Notes: generated by a model from the sequence alone, not told the origin. Counted from the first letter of the stretch, positions 1 through 13,465 are shown. The stretch is 64,000 nucleotides of DNA from Octopus vulgaris (GCA_951406725.2 OX597814.1:111786001-111850000), one strand, 5' to 3'. Made by a program: numbers and translations.

Positions 1-153
1 TTTTTCGTCGAATGAATCAACCCCAGTAATTATTTTTTTAAAAAGGCTGGTGCTTATCTGGTCGTTCTCTTTTGCTGAAACGCTTACTTCGGGGACATAA
101 ACAGACCAGCGTCAGTTGTTAAGTGGTGGTGGGAGACAAACACAGACACAAGG

Positions 154-226
<73 letters not shown>

Positions 227-373
227 TGACGGGCTTATTTCAATTTCCGTCTACCAAATCCATTCACAAGGCTTTGGTCGGCCCGAGGCTATAGCAGAAA
301 ACTCTCGTCCAAGATACCACGCAGTGACCGAACCCGGAACCACGTGGTTGGGAAGCAAACTTCTTACCACATA
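1..373 (-). mobile_element. tRNA-derived SINE family B (tRNA-like head, internal microsatellite, 3' body), cut by window edge
   Basis: Matches the repeated consensus gtggtaag..cttgcttcccaaccac..ggttccgggttc.gtc..actgcgtgg seen in many copies in the window; internal (CA)n. Confidence 0.85.
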
Positions 374-1629
374 GTTCTTAATGATTGAATTATGCAACGA
401 ACGTCCGTGAACATTTTTGGTACAAAGATCAATGTCTTGTTTACTAATCTGTTCTGAAGTGGTTTTAAGTTATGTTGTGTGATGTAGTCCAAGGCAGTTG
501 ACGCTTGTAACTACGTCGAGAATCGTTGTGCAAGTATCGTACATGTATGGCCAATATAGTGTTTGTTTGGAGTTGTGATGTTTACAACTCGTTCCGTCCA
601 AGGAATAGGGAATATACGCAAACCGGCCTTAGGAGCCTATGACTCAGGAAGGATCTTTGATCCTGTTTTTGATATATGTGTGTGTTTGTCTGTGTGTGTG
701 TGTGAAAGAATGTATGTATATGTCAACCCACATAAGATGGTAAATAACAATGGCTTAAATTACTATTGTCTTCTGGAGATCTGGCGTTTTTGCGTAACGA
801 TTTTGTCACAGTATATTAGTATTCGCAAGTGGAACACGTGTAAAGATGATGTGATTTATAATATCATGATAAAAAGACAAACCAATCTCAAATTACTGGT
901 ACATGTCAAAGTTTCTACTAATTAACTTCACACAGAATTACCTGCTTATACTTGGCGAAAAGGAATCGATCATGCAACCGGCATAAGTTGTTCGAAACTT
1001 TTGCGTGGTGTGGGACAATGTGAAGCGTGTCGGGAAGAGAATGTGGTGATTATCTTTTAGATTTGAAGAGAAGTCACACATTATTGGCCAAGAGAGTAAA
1101 GTGTATTTCGAGTGTTTGTGTAGGTGTGTTGTATATAAATGTGAGATATTGGTGCGGGGTGATACAGGGTTCATGAGTATATTATCTGTCAATGACTGCT
1201 TGGTGGGAATAACTGATAACGGTCAAGTGGCTCCATTGATCATTATTTCAAGTGTGGAGGAAAAGATCGCTTTTAATCAGGCCGGAAAATAAAGTCATTG
1301 TCCTTTTACAATTTATTATTTGATAATTAATGAAGCCGGTGAGCAGGTAGAACAGTTAGCACACTTAACAAATGTTTTGTGGAACTTCATCTGTCTTAAC
1401 GTTCTGAGTTCAAATTTGCTTTTCGTTACTTAAGGGTCGATGAAATAAAGTATCAGTTGAGCACTGGGGTCGATGTAACTAACAGATTTCAGGCCTTGTC
1501 CCTATAGTAGAAAGGATTATTAATGAATTAATGTGAGCTGTGGTAGTTAGCACGGAGCAGGTGTAATGACAGGTGTATTTAGAGTAAGGACTGACCATAA
1601 AAAAGAATAAAATAGACTTAGGACTTACT

Positions 1630-1892
1630 AGAACTCATATGGATTGAGCTTCATCCAGATTCCATGGGGCACAAACGACTGGGATTCCAACAATCCTTCA
1701 TGGATGGGATGCCAGTCTATCACAGGGTTAACGTCCCACCTATTGCTGGAACTCATTTGCGGCTGAATGAATTGGAGCAATGTGAAATAAAGTATTTTGC
1801 TCAAGGCCAAAACGCACCGTTTGTTCCGGGAATTGAAACTAAAATGTTTCGATCGTGAGCGTAACACTCTAACCACTAGGACAAGCATGGTG
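1630..1892 (-). mobile_element. tRNA-derived SINE (related to 34622-34830)
   Basis: Minus strand tagtggttagagtgttacgctcacgatcgaaac..gtttcaattccc gives an A/B-box-like head followed by the ttgagcaaaatacttt body. Confidence 0.6.
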
Positions 1893-2142
1893 CGTGACTT
1901 GGTGGTTATGGGGGTTGGACAAAAATATATGAGAAGAAAAAGGAAAATAAAAATGAAATATAGAAAAAATAGAAGGAAAACGTAGACTTTCAGAACTGCA
2001 ACAATGAAAGATTAATTCAATTCAATTTCCCCCTTTTCGTACTACATAACTAAATAATCTTAGACAATTGAAACCGGTTGTAATATTTTCATAAAGATGC
2101 AAATACTTTCCTCCTTTTATTCAAGTTCTCAAAACATTTTCT

Positions 2143-2213
<71 letters not shown>

Positions 2214-2216
2214 CGT

Positions 2217-2264
<48 letters not shown>

Positions 2265-2279
2265 CTGTATGTCTATACA

Positions 2280-2585
2280 TTTCTTGCCTTAAAGCTGTCT
2301 CATAGCCGTAAGGCCTTTATTTTGTATGTATATTTACATTTGTGCTAACTATCTGTGTTATTTGACTGTTTCCGTCACCGTCCTTTACTTTCGCTCACTT
2401 ATTCCCAGCAACATTTTGCTGTTGACGCCATGAAAATGAACAATCTTATCATTAAAGGCGTGAAACTCTTATGATTTTTGGACAATAACTGATGAAGGAA
2501 GAGCATGTCTACGTCTTCCTTGTGTTCTTTTGTTGTGCTTCTGTACAATTTCTGAATCGTGTATATATTGTTATATATATTTTTA
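2280..2585 (+). mobile_element. Non-coding retroelement fragment carrying a decayed permuted-hammerhead motif
   Basis: Similar to 54551-54790 (minus): cgctca.ttattccca.ca..ttttgctgtt..gcca...ttaaaggc.tGAAAct...ggac.ataa.TGA.GA; flanked by microsatellites. Confidence 0.55.
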
Positions 2586-2587
2586 TA

Positions 2588-2681
<94 letters not shown>

Positions 2682-3713
2682 CACACACTCTCTCTCTCAC
2701 ACACACACACACACTCACACACACACACTCTCTCTTTCACACACACACATATATACATATATATACACACATACACACACATATGTGCACACGTACATGC
2801 ATAAATACATATATACACGCGCACATGTATATGCACACACATATGTTTGTGCGCGCGTGTGTGTATTCTAGTTGTTTACATCCAGGTCAGTATTTACCCA
2901 GTAAACCTATGATCAAAGACAATCCAGTCATGACCATTCCGTCATTTTGTAAAGCAGAAACTATACTGTCCTATACGTCATGTTTTAAAAAAGAGAATAA
3001 TAGATGACTGATACTCATAGTAGGTCATGTGATTGCAACAAAACTTCCTCATTGGCTCGTGTGTATGTGTGTGTGTATGCGTTTGTGAGCGTGTATGCGT
3101 GTGTGTGTGTGTACGGATGTGTGTGTGCGTGCTTGACTAATGGCTTATGTTAGTATAGTTAACAATTTGACGATCGCAATCACGTGATTTCTCCTATGAA
3201 CGTTTGTCCTTCATAGATTAACCTGCAAAGATTTAAGCTGCGCATCAGCTGCATAAATGTTGCCATTAAGGAAAAGGTCATGGGCACTGCCCCGCCATCC
3301 CATAATAACATATTTATTTAATAGGCCTGAAGTCTGTCTAGCTGTTGAAGATATTGAAGCATTGAAGGTTACCATGTTGAGATAAACACACGTACACATA
3401 CATACATACGTATAAATACAAACACATACACGCAATTATACTCCCATGCATATCTCTGGTATCTGTATGTAAGGTGTATGTGTGTGTGCCTGTACGTGTG
3501 TGTATGCGTGAGTGAGAGAGAGAGTGTGTTTGTGTGTGTTTGTTTGTGTTTGTGTGTGTGTGTGTCTAGTTCAATTCTGTTACGTAGTACTGAAATCGTT
3601 TCAAGACTATTAAGTTTATTGATATACTTGAATACACACCCGCACATCGTGACAAGCAAATGGCAAAGTTGAATATGAAATATGCTTACAGATTTCTAGA
3701 CAGATTCATAAGC

Positions 3714-3771
<58 letters not shown>

Positions 3772-3806
3772 TGAATGTATATATATATATACATATATAC
3801 ATGTGC

Positions 3807-3866
<60 letters not shown>

Positions 3867-3954
3867 ATGTGTGTGTGTGTGTGGCCATATCTAACTTAAT
3901 TGCACCACATAAAAAAAAATGCATATATTTGCTCGACGAAAGGCGGTGCTCCAT

Positions 3955-4132
3955 CAAAACAAAAAAAAAACGAAGAACAAACACAAAAGAAAAAAACAAC
4001 GCAAGGACGTGGTACATGTAAAATATTAGTAGACGCACAGGGAAAGAAAGATGGTATAACGGCTCGAGCAGAGCTCTTCTTCAGAAACAGAGGAAAGACC
4101 AATAGAAAAGGAAGACGGAGGAGGAAATCGCC
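3955..4132 (-). mobile_element. Penelope-like non-autonomous repeat end with decayed minimal hammerhead (4055-4087)
   Basis: Minus strand ttt-CTGAAGA-A-GAGC-tct-GCTC-GAGC(for GAAA)-CGTT; same family as 32210-32378. Confidence 0.55.
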
Positions 4133-4151
4133 AACACACACACACACACAC

Positions 4152-4192
<41 letters not shown>

Positions 4193-4496
4193 AAGGGTAA
4201 AGACCCCCTTCGGTCATGAATGACCGTGGGATTGCACCTAGAAAGTTACCCTCCTAGACACAAGTCCGGGCAAGGTTGTATATGGAAGACCAGCAACGCC
4301 CATGCATACCCCTCTCCACGCCACCAGTGTTATCCAAGGGAAAGACAAAGGTCGATACAGCTTGGCACCAGTGACGTCGCAACTCATTTCTACATTATAT
4401 ATATATAATTATTAATATTTGAGGGAATAAAATCCAAAACTTACAAGGGAAAAAATTTAATTTAGAAATACTAAATCAAATTTCACACAATATAAT

Positions 4497-4830
4497 ATAT
4501 ATATAAAAAATTAGAAAAAAACAACTTTTATCAATTTAAAATGAACTATTAAATTACACCATCTAGAAAATTACATATAATAGAAATATTAACATTAAAA
4601 TAACAATAATATACCAATGATTAAGTAAATTGCAAAAAAAAATAATAATAACTTATATAAATTGTATATAAGTTATTATTATAATGTTTTTTGCAATTTA
4701 CTTAATCTTTGACATTTTATTGTTATTCTAATTTTAATATTTCTATCATATGTAATTTTCTAGATGGTGTAATTTAATTGTTAATTTTGAATTGATAGAA
4801 GGTAGGTTTTTTCTAAGTTTATATATATAT
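4497..4830. repeat. AT-rich fold-back inverted repeat, arms about 160 bp, centre near 4661
   Basis: aattacaccatctagaaaattacata... is mirrored by ...tatgtaattttctagatggtgtaatt; the arms carry scattered mismatches. Confidence 0.85.
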
Positions 4831-4849
4831 ATGTATATATATATATATA

Positions 4850-5060
4850 ACGGGAAGCTTTATGAAAATAAACAAAAGACGCAGGCAGGTGGAATACAAA
4901 CAAACAATTGTATTAGTATGGCGCTCAGGAATATAAATAAAACAAGTCTTTTACGTTTCGAGCCTACGCTCTTGAACAGAAAGATACACAGAAAAGAAAC
5001 ACGGAGAGAAACAAGGAGAGAAAAAAATGCGCGCAGAAGCTAGCGAATCAACATGGCGAT
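4850..5060 (-). mobile_element. Penelope-like non-autonomous repeat with hammerhead-like motif (4948-4983)
   Basis: Same family as 13268-13465 and 60775-60960; minus strand cttt-CTGTTCA-A-GAGC-gtag-GCTC-GAAA-CG-TA-aaag. Confidence 0.6.
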
Positions 5061-5074
5061 CTGTATATATATGG

Positions 5075-5170
<96 letters not shown>

Positions 5171-6253
5171 CCAATTCGAGGATGTCAGGTCCTCATTCGG
5201 GAGGTTAATCGCTATCATATAAGGAAAAAGTCTCGGGGATATGTTAGGGATTATTGTAGTAATACATATTTACTCTTTAACTCTTTTACTTGTTGCAGTC
5301 ATCTGACTTCGGCCATGATGGAGCACCGCCTTTCGTCGAGCAAATCCTGCGCCTGTTAAAAAGCGGAAACTGAAAGAAGTATTTTGTGTGTGTGTGTGTG
5401 TGTATGTCTGTGTGTACACACACACACACATATATATACATACACACACATATACATATACACACACATACACACACACACACACATATATATATACACA
5501 TACATATATATACACACACATACATAGTGTATATATGGTGAGATAGAGAAAATATATAATATACATTGCATACATATAATATGTGCTTGTGTGTGAGTTT
5601 GTGTGTGTGTGTATGTGTGAGTTTGAGTGTGTACGTGTGTAGTATGTGTATATGTGTGCGGCAGGGTTAGGGCAGAAAAATACGCGGTTAAAAGAAAAAA
5701 ATCCTTTTCTCTCAATTCCTGTCTATTTTCTTTCGTGTACTTTAAGGTTCAGTGTGTGTATGTGTGTGTTATTTTGTGTATATGTATGTGTGTGTGTGTG
5801 TGTGTGTTTTATTTCATGTGCTTGTCTGTATGAATGTATCTGTCTACGCGTGTGTATGTATATGTTTGTGTGTAATTGCGTATATGTGTGTGTTTGTGTG
5901 TGTGTGTATGTGTATGTGTGCTTGAATGTATATAGATATGTGTCTAGAGATGTATTTAAGTTTCCTTGTATATATTTTTGTGTTTTGGGATGCGTATGCG
6001 CGCGCGCTCGCGCGTGTGTGTGTGTTTAATTATATCCAGCACAAGAATATAAAATTAGAAAAACAAATATATGAAAATGAAAATAAATGATTAGAAGAGA
6101 GAGAGAGAGAGAGAGAGAGAACGGCAGAGAGAGAAAGAGAGAGAAGAACTAGGATACATAGAAAGAAAGAAGCAATAGCGGAAATATACAGAAAAAATGG
6201 AGACGGTTATTTTTCCAGTTTCAACATAGAGACTATCTAGGTATTAGATGAGG

Positions 6254-6364
6254 ATGATAATAATAACAATAATAAATAATAACAATATTAATAATAATAA
6301 TAATAATAACAACAACAACAACAATGACAATAACAAATGCAATTGCAACAATAGTAACAATGTC

Positions 6365-6427
<63 letters not shown>

Positions 6428-6535
6428 TAATGATAACACTGATGAAGATGATGTTGATCAATAATGATGGTGATAATAACAATAAGGAACAACAAAAACA
6501 ACAACAAAAACACCACCAACAACAACAACTACGAC

Positions 6536-6582
<47 letters not shown>

Positions 6583-6620
6583 TAATAATCATAAAAATAA
6601 TAATAATAATGATAATAATG
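6254..6620. repeat. Compound (AAT)n/(AAC)n microsatellite
   Basis: Directly visible. Confidence 0.95.
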
Positions 6621-6872
6621 TAGAAAATGATATCCAGAATGTGTAACAAAAAGAAAATCGGATGGAATGGGTGATGTTTTTGTATTGGTAGCTGCAGGCG
6701 ATACTAGAGGCCGAGAATGTTTAATGGCGAAGTATAAACAACGTGATATTGCCTTCAGATTGGTTCTATTGATTCTGGAGGCGAAAATCCCTTCGTTCGT
6801 TCTCCATTTAGACAAGGCCTGAATACATATGTATAACGGTGTTTTTGTGTGGGAATGTGTGTGTGCGTGCGT

Positions 6873-6904
<32 letters not shown>

Positions 6905-6977
6905 CTGTGTGTGTGTCAGTGTGTGTGTGTGTGAATGTGTAAATGAATGTTTGTACGAGTGGAAGGGGGTGATATAG

Positions 6978-7012
<35 letters not shown>

Positions 7013-7084
7013 ATAAACAACCACATACATACATACGTACACACACACACACACACACACAAACACACGCACATATATATATAA

Positions 7085-7119
7085 TGCGTACACTTGTACA
7101 TAGGAACCTCATCTTTATA

Positions 7120-7158
<39 letters not shown>

Positions 7159-7186
7159 ATGAGGTTCCTATGTACAAGTGTACGCA
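7085..7186. repeat. Perfect 32-bp inverted repeat around (TA)n
   Basis: tgcgtacacttgtacataggaacctcatcttt (7085-7116) and its reverse complement (7155-7186). Confidence 0.95.
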
Positions 7187-7256
7187 CTATATTGTGTTTC
7201 GATGTATGAAATTATACATACACACAAACACACACATTCGCACACAGATACATACA

Positions 7257-7319
<63 letters not shown>

Positions 7320-7688
7320 TTTATGTATGTATGCATGTATGTGCGTATGTATGTATGTATGTATGTATGTATGTATGTATGTATGTATGTATGTATGTAT
7401 GTATGTGTATATCACATTGTGATTGTGCTTCATTTTCACTTCTCATTTATTTTTGAAGCTCTACAAGTATAAGTCCTACACACGTATGAGCACGCACGTG
7501 TTTCTGAGTGTGTATGAGTGTATGTGTTAATGCTAGTTTAATTAATTTTGCAAAGGAGTTAGGGCGGTAACCATGTTCTTAGTTAAACTGTCGAAGTATA
7601 TGTTAGCACCAGGTCAACCCTGATCGCATAGAATTATGATCAAAAGCGTTCCAGTCGTGACCAGTCCATCATTATTTAATGCGTCATA

Positions 7689-8064
7689 GGTGGCGAGCTG
7701 GCAGAATCGTTAGCATGCCGGGCGAAATGCTTAGTGCTATTTCGTTTGCCGTTATGTTCTGAGTTCAAATTCTGCCCGGGTTGACTTTGCCTTTCATCCT
7801 TTCGGGTTCAATTAAATAAGTACCAGTTACGCACTGGGGTCGATATAATCGACTTAATCCGTTTGTATGTCCTTGTTTGTCTACTCTGTGTGTAGCCCCT
7901 TGTGGGCAATAAAGAAATAGGTATTTCGTCTGTCTTTACGTTCTCAGTTCAAATTCAGCCGAGATTGACTTTGCCTTTCATCCTTTCGGATTGCGTACTG
8001 GGGTCGATCTAATCGACTGGCCCCCTACCCCAAAATTTCGGGCCTTGTGCCTAGAGTGGAAAAG
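7689..8064 (+). mobile_element. tRNA-derived SINE family A, dimeric
   Basis: ggcgagctggcagaatcgttagca head, gagttcaaattc B-box, two body units; probable TSD attatttaatg(c/t)gt at 7671-7684 and 8065-8078. Confidence 0.9.
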
Positions 8065-8618
8065 ATTATTTAATGTGTTTTTCACTTTTTTAAAGATAGT
8101 AGTGTGCAATTTTGGTAAGATGTGGATGCTGTTTCTAACAGCTTGAGTGACTCCATAGTCGCTCACGCATACCAGCCTCCCTTTTCCACGTCACCGATTA
8201 TATCCAAGGGAAAAAGAAAAGACCGAAACAGCTTGGCACCAGTGACGTCACAACTCATTTCTACAGCTGAGTGAACTGGAGTAACGTGAAATAATGAACA
8301 CACGCACTATATTATTCGCTATTCACTCGTTTATTATTGGTCTTATTTTATCTTATGTCCATTGTCTGGAAATCTTTCGTCACACAGCAACTCTTCCATC
8401 CCACATGTCTCCACCTGTTCTGTTTAGTCAATTCTGGGACAGAAATACCGCCCCGAAATATAACAATGTCTGTTTCAACACACGATTTCACATCAGGAAT
8501 CTTGCAACACAAATTCATAATCGTATATAGATATATGGATAGACAGACAGATAAAAAGATAGATAGGCAGACAGTTAGATACATACATACATAATACATA
8601 CATACATACATACATACA

Positions 8619-8730
<112 letters not shown>

Positions 8731-8748
8731 CATACATACATGCATACA

Positions 8749-8783
<35 letters not shown>

Positions 8784-9755
8784 GCATACATGCATATATA
8801 TATATATCCTATGAAGATGAAGAATATTATTTTTGCAATTCTTTTGTAGGCACTGACTGACATCGGAAGCCTAGGAAAGGGCTTTAATGCGTTCCCAGAG
8901 TATATAGAAGATAAGAGGAAATACTAATAAGGTTTGTATACTAAAATCGTGAAATATGTTACGTAATAACAGGCTAATCAGATATGAGATAATAACAATT
9001 CAAAGTAAGTCACTCTGAAAAGGACTTTGGTGCGTTCTCAGAGAATATTATCCTGAGGAGTGCTAGTGTTGTTATATTCGTGAATAAGTCACTAACCGAA
9101 ATAAGTGGATCTATTGTTTAGGAAAATACTGTTTACTTTTTCAAGGGTTGTACTGGATAAATTGCTAAAATAACTCTAACAGTTCAAATACTAAGAAATA
9201 AGCATACTCAATTTCATTTTTACCAAATAATTTAGGAACATGAATGGGTTATTTCCCTTGGCTATATATAAGGATCCATTCCAGGGACGAATGGGTTATT
9301 TCCCTTGGCTTTTGAAATAAAGTATACTAGATATATATAAGGATCCCTTCCAGGGACCCTATTATCGATTTTTTTTTTCAATAATCTGAGAATGCCATGA
9401 GGTTTCCAGACATGAGTTCTACTCACGTGTCAAGTTTCATGAAAATCTATAAAACGATGTAGGTGGAGTTAGCTAACAACTCCACAAACACATCAACAGA
9501 CAGAATTTCCCACATATTCGGTGCGAATGGTTTTGTTAAGCGGTGTCCAGTTTTACAATTCTGCAAATAACAATGGTATTTTTTAACCGAAATACCTAGC
9601 GTCATAGCATCATAATTTTGAAATATCTACAAAACCATCAAAAGCTTGTTTTTTATGTTTTTGTTTATTTATTATTAGTGTTGCTTCATATGTTTTGCTA
9701 AAATTGCTGTTTCTTTTCAGATATCATCAGAAAAAGGTAATTAAAATACATTAAA

Positions 9756-10772
9756 ATGACAGATCTATTGAACTTTCAAAGAGATCAAATTGTTCGTGTT
9801 CGTATGGCAGGCGCTAGCATAACGAAAACTACTGAAATGTTCGGTGTATCAAGAAATACTGTTTCGAAAGTAATGACAGCCTTTGAGAAAGATGGAAAAA
9901 CATTCTCGTCGAAACAAAAGTCCGGAAGAAAACCAAAACTTTCAGATAGGGACCGTCGGACTTTTACGCGAATTGTTAGAAAGGATTACAAAAGTACAGC
10001 TCCCCAAATTACTGCAGAACTTAATGACCACCTTGAGAACCCAATTTCGACAAAAACTGTTCGTCGAGAGCTGCACAAAGCTGGATTTCACGGGAGGGCT
10101 GCAATCAGAAAACCACTGCTTTCAAAAACAAACGCTGCAAAGCATTTAGAGTGGTGTAAAAACCTACAGAATTGGTTCTAAGAGCAGTGGAAGAATGTTA
10201 TGTTCTCGGAAGATTCATCCTTTACCTTATTTCCTACAACTGGTCGAGTATACGTGTGGAGACAGCCAAAAGAAGCATTTGTCCCAGACTACCTTCTTCC
10301 AACTGTTAAACATAGAAGAGGATCTGTGATGATCTGGTGTGTGTGTGGGGCTATATCTTGGAAATCCGTCGGCCCAATGGTTTCCCTTCATGGCAGAATT
10401 AAGCATTTTATCTGATCAAGTTCATCCTATGGTTGCGGAACTATTTCCGGAGGGAAACAATCTTTCAGGATGTCAATGCACCAATTCACACAGCTAAAGT
10501 TGTTATTGAATAGCACAATGAACATGCTAATGAAGTTGAACATCTGGCCACCACAGCCCTCAGATCTCAATATTACTGAAGATTTATGGCGAGTTTTAGA
10601 AAAACAATTAAGGAATCGATATCCTCCACCATCATCACTACAAGAACTGGAAACTGTTTTAGCTGAAGAATGGAGAAAAATGTCTTTGGAAACAATTTAG
10701 AGTTTGTACGAGTCCATACCTCGTAGAATTCAAGCTGTAATTACTGCCAAAGGCGGTCCTACCCCATATTAA
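9756..10772 (+). pseudogene. Tc1-family DD34E-type transposase pseudogene
   Basis: HTH (GASITKTTEMFGVSRNTV), GRKPKLS, MFSEDSSF, FQDVNAPIHTAK, WPPQPSDLNITEDLW, C-terminal IQAVITAKGGPTPY*; stops and frameshifts; right TIR-like aggtgtcttcattattttgtccaac near 10795-10819. Confidence 0.93.
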
Positions 10773-10832
10773 AATAAATTTGTTTGAAATTTGAAGGTGT
10801 CTTCATTATTTTGTCCAACTTATGTGCGTATG

Positions 10833-10882
<50 letters not shown>

Positions 10883-11136
10883 AAAAAACCCCAGTTTATT
10901 GTTCCACTATTAGTACGATCAGCAGAAAAAAGTACATTCCATCTACTGCGAAATAAATATTTAATGTATTAATGTGCACAGGATTTAAAATAAAAGCCAC
11001 TAATAGTTTCTTGTGATACAGCACGAAGATTTCTTGGAGACACAAGGCACGTTACATAAATCTGCCTAATACCAGTGTCTCGATGACAAAAAAACAATTA
11101 GCAGCTCTTATAATTACTGTGTACAGTAAAAAATAT

Positions 11137-11239
<103 letters not shown>

Positions 11240-11440
11240 CACACGAGGATTAACGAAATGTTCCTGGCTTTGAGTATAAGAAAATACAGGAAAATCAGTA
11301 AATTCCCCTCTCAGAATCACAAACTTATTGCAGTTTTTGTAAGTCCAGTAAAAAAAAAAACTTGAAATGGGCCTCCAACCAGGCTTTTCGCGACATCCTT
11401 AAAGCCGGGAACTTTTCAGTACCACTTTGTACACATACAC

Positions 11441-11518
<78 letters not shown>

Positions 11519-11850
11519 ACACACACATACATATATGCGCGCGCGCGCGCGCGTGTGTGTGTGTGCTGTTTTAATTATCCCACTTAGTTGTTAGCTGTCG
11601 TAATGGAGGTTTGCCACAAAGTATTTTATAGACTGAAATGGTGGGAAAAGGGAATTTTTATTACACAAAGTATTACATTTCAACATTATATTATATAATT
11701 AAATAAAGAATTTTATTACCACAACGACAAACCTACTGGTTATGGGATACTACAGACGAAGTGAAGTGATACAGTTCTATATTTAAGAGATGAGGAATTA
11801 TATATATTATTTACATTTGACGGATATTTGTCCTCATCTTGTTTGTTGTT

Positions 11851-11896
11851 AACACAACGTTTCGGCTGATATACCCTCCAGCCTTCATCAGGTGTC
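11851..11896 (-). ncRNA. Minimal type I hammerhead ribozyme motif (Penelope-associated type)
   Basis: Minus strand gacac-CUGAUGA-A-GGCUG-gagggtatat-CAGCC-GAAA-CG-UU-guguu: stem I 5 bp, stem II 5 bp, palindromic AACGUU stem III. Confidence 0.8.
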
Positions 11897-11912
11897 TTGG
11901 GGAAATTTCGAA

Positions 11913-12080
11913 CCTGGAATCGAACTCGGAATCTTAGGGTTAGTAGTCCGTGCTCTTAACAACTACGCCACATGCCCAGTAGTTATAATAAACATTCACA
12001 ACGCCCGGTCTGGGAATCAAAACAGCGTTCCAATGATCATGAGTCCGCTGCCCTAACCACTGGGTTATTGCGCCTCCACA
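11913..12080 (-). mobile_element. Two truncated tRNA-derived SINE heads (11913-11977 and 11990-12080)
   Basis: gtggcgtagttgttaagagcacgg...gagttcgattcc, and tggaggcgcaataacccagtggttagggcagcgg (family C head, compare 31180-31553). Confidence 0.7.
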
Positions 12081-12465
12081 TCTGTGAATATATATACATT
12101 TCTGTATACCTGTAAAATTTATTATTATCTCCTTTAAACCCACTAGTTTTTTTTGAATCTTTTCCAAAAATATACAAAATATATATCGTTTCAACAATTG
12201 TTTTTCTGCTACTATCTCACAAGTTTTATCAGATAAAACAACGCGATAAAACCCCTTCCCCCAATATTAATCGGTTGTTCACCCGTCAAGGACAAGCTGC
12301 AATGCGACTGCAACTCTACTTGCAGAAATAAACGCAATAATCTGTCATTTATGCAATATGTGAGAACAGATTTCAAGATAAGTTTGCCGGTCAACTACCT
12401 ACTTGAAGTGATACATAACATAACGAGAAATACAGGGAGATGCAAATGTAGAATGCAAAGAACAA

Positions 12466-12870
12466 ACTCTCTTTTACTCTTTTACTTGATTCAGTCAGTT
12501 GACTGTGGCCATGCTGGAGCACCGCCTTTAGTCGAGCAAATCGACCCCAGGACTAATTCATTGTAAGCCTAGTACTTATTCTATCGGTCTCTTTTGCCGA
12601 ACCGCTCAGTTACGGGAACGTAAACACAAGAGATGTTGGGTGGGTTGGGGGGGACAAATACAGACACACAAACACATACACACACATACATATATATATG
12701 CATATATACAATGGGCTTCTTTCAGTTTCCGTCCACCAAATCCACTCACAAGGCTTAGGTCGACCCGAGGCTATAGTAGAAGACACTTGCCCAAGGTGCC
12801 ACGCAGTGGGACTGAACCCGGAACTATGTGGTTGGTAAGTAAGCTACTTACCACACAGCCACTCCTACGC
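12466..12870 (-). mobile_element. SINE family B, full length
   Basis: Complete consensus with head, microsatellite and gtaaaaga-repeat tail. Confidence 0.9.
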
Positions 12871-13205
12871 CTATTAGATTCACGGCATAAATGATACACG
12901 AGCTCTTGCTATGTTTTACACAAGTTTTATGCACGTTGTACACGATGACACACACACACTCACACACACACTCACACACACATGTATAATGAAAATCACA
13001 TCTTTAAATGTAGAATTCACCTTACAAAGCCGACAATTATTTCCGTTGTATCAATATATTTAGATATAGACCAAATCAGAATTTTTTTTAATATTTCCGA
13101 AAATACATGTTACCACAACGTTTGAAGGCGATCCAAAACTACGTAATATGTGTATGTGACTTTGAGTTTGTGCGCTTCCCCACTATGTATGTATGTATGT
13201 ATGTA

Positions 13206-13267
<62 letters not shown>

Positions 13268-13270
<3 letters not shown>

Positions 13271-13465
13271 GGGAGAGTTCACGAAAAAAACAAAAGACGA
13301 AGACAAGTGGTGTAGAAAACAAACAGATGTATTACTATAACGCTCAGGAACAGAAAAAAGTCTTTTACGTTTCGAGCCTACGCTCTTCTACAGAAAGGGG
13401 CACAGAAATAAACAAGGAGAGAAACAAGGAGAGAAAAAATGCGTGTAGTGGCTACCGATCTATCA
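13268..13465 (-). mobile_element. Penelope-like non-autonomous repeat with hammerhead-like motif (13362-13397)
   Basis: Minus strand cttt-CTGTAGA-A-GAGC-gtag-GCTC-GAAA-CG-TA-aaag; lies within (TATG)n. Confidence 0.65.

Noticed and set aside
9050-9112. Hammerhead-like CTGAGGA...GAAA with a tagtg/cacta stem
   Set aside because: No valid NUH triplet or stem III in register; at best a heavily decayed remnant.
9240-9358. Short local duplications (also 55628-55678 and 58720-58885)
   Set aside because: Ordinary slippage-type tandem duplications with no further structure.
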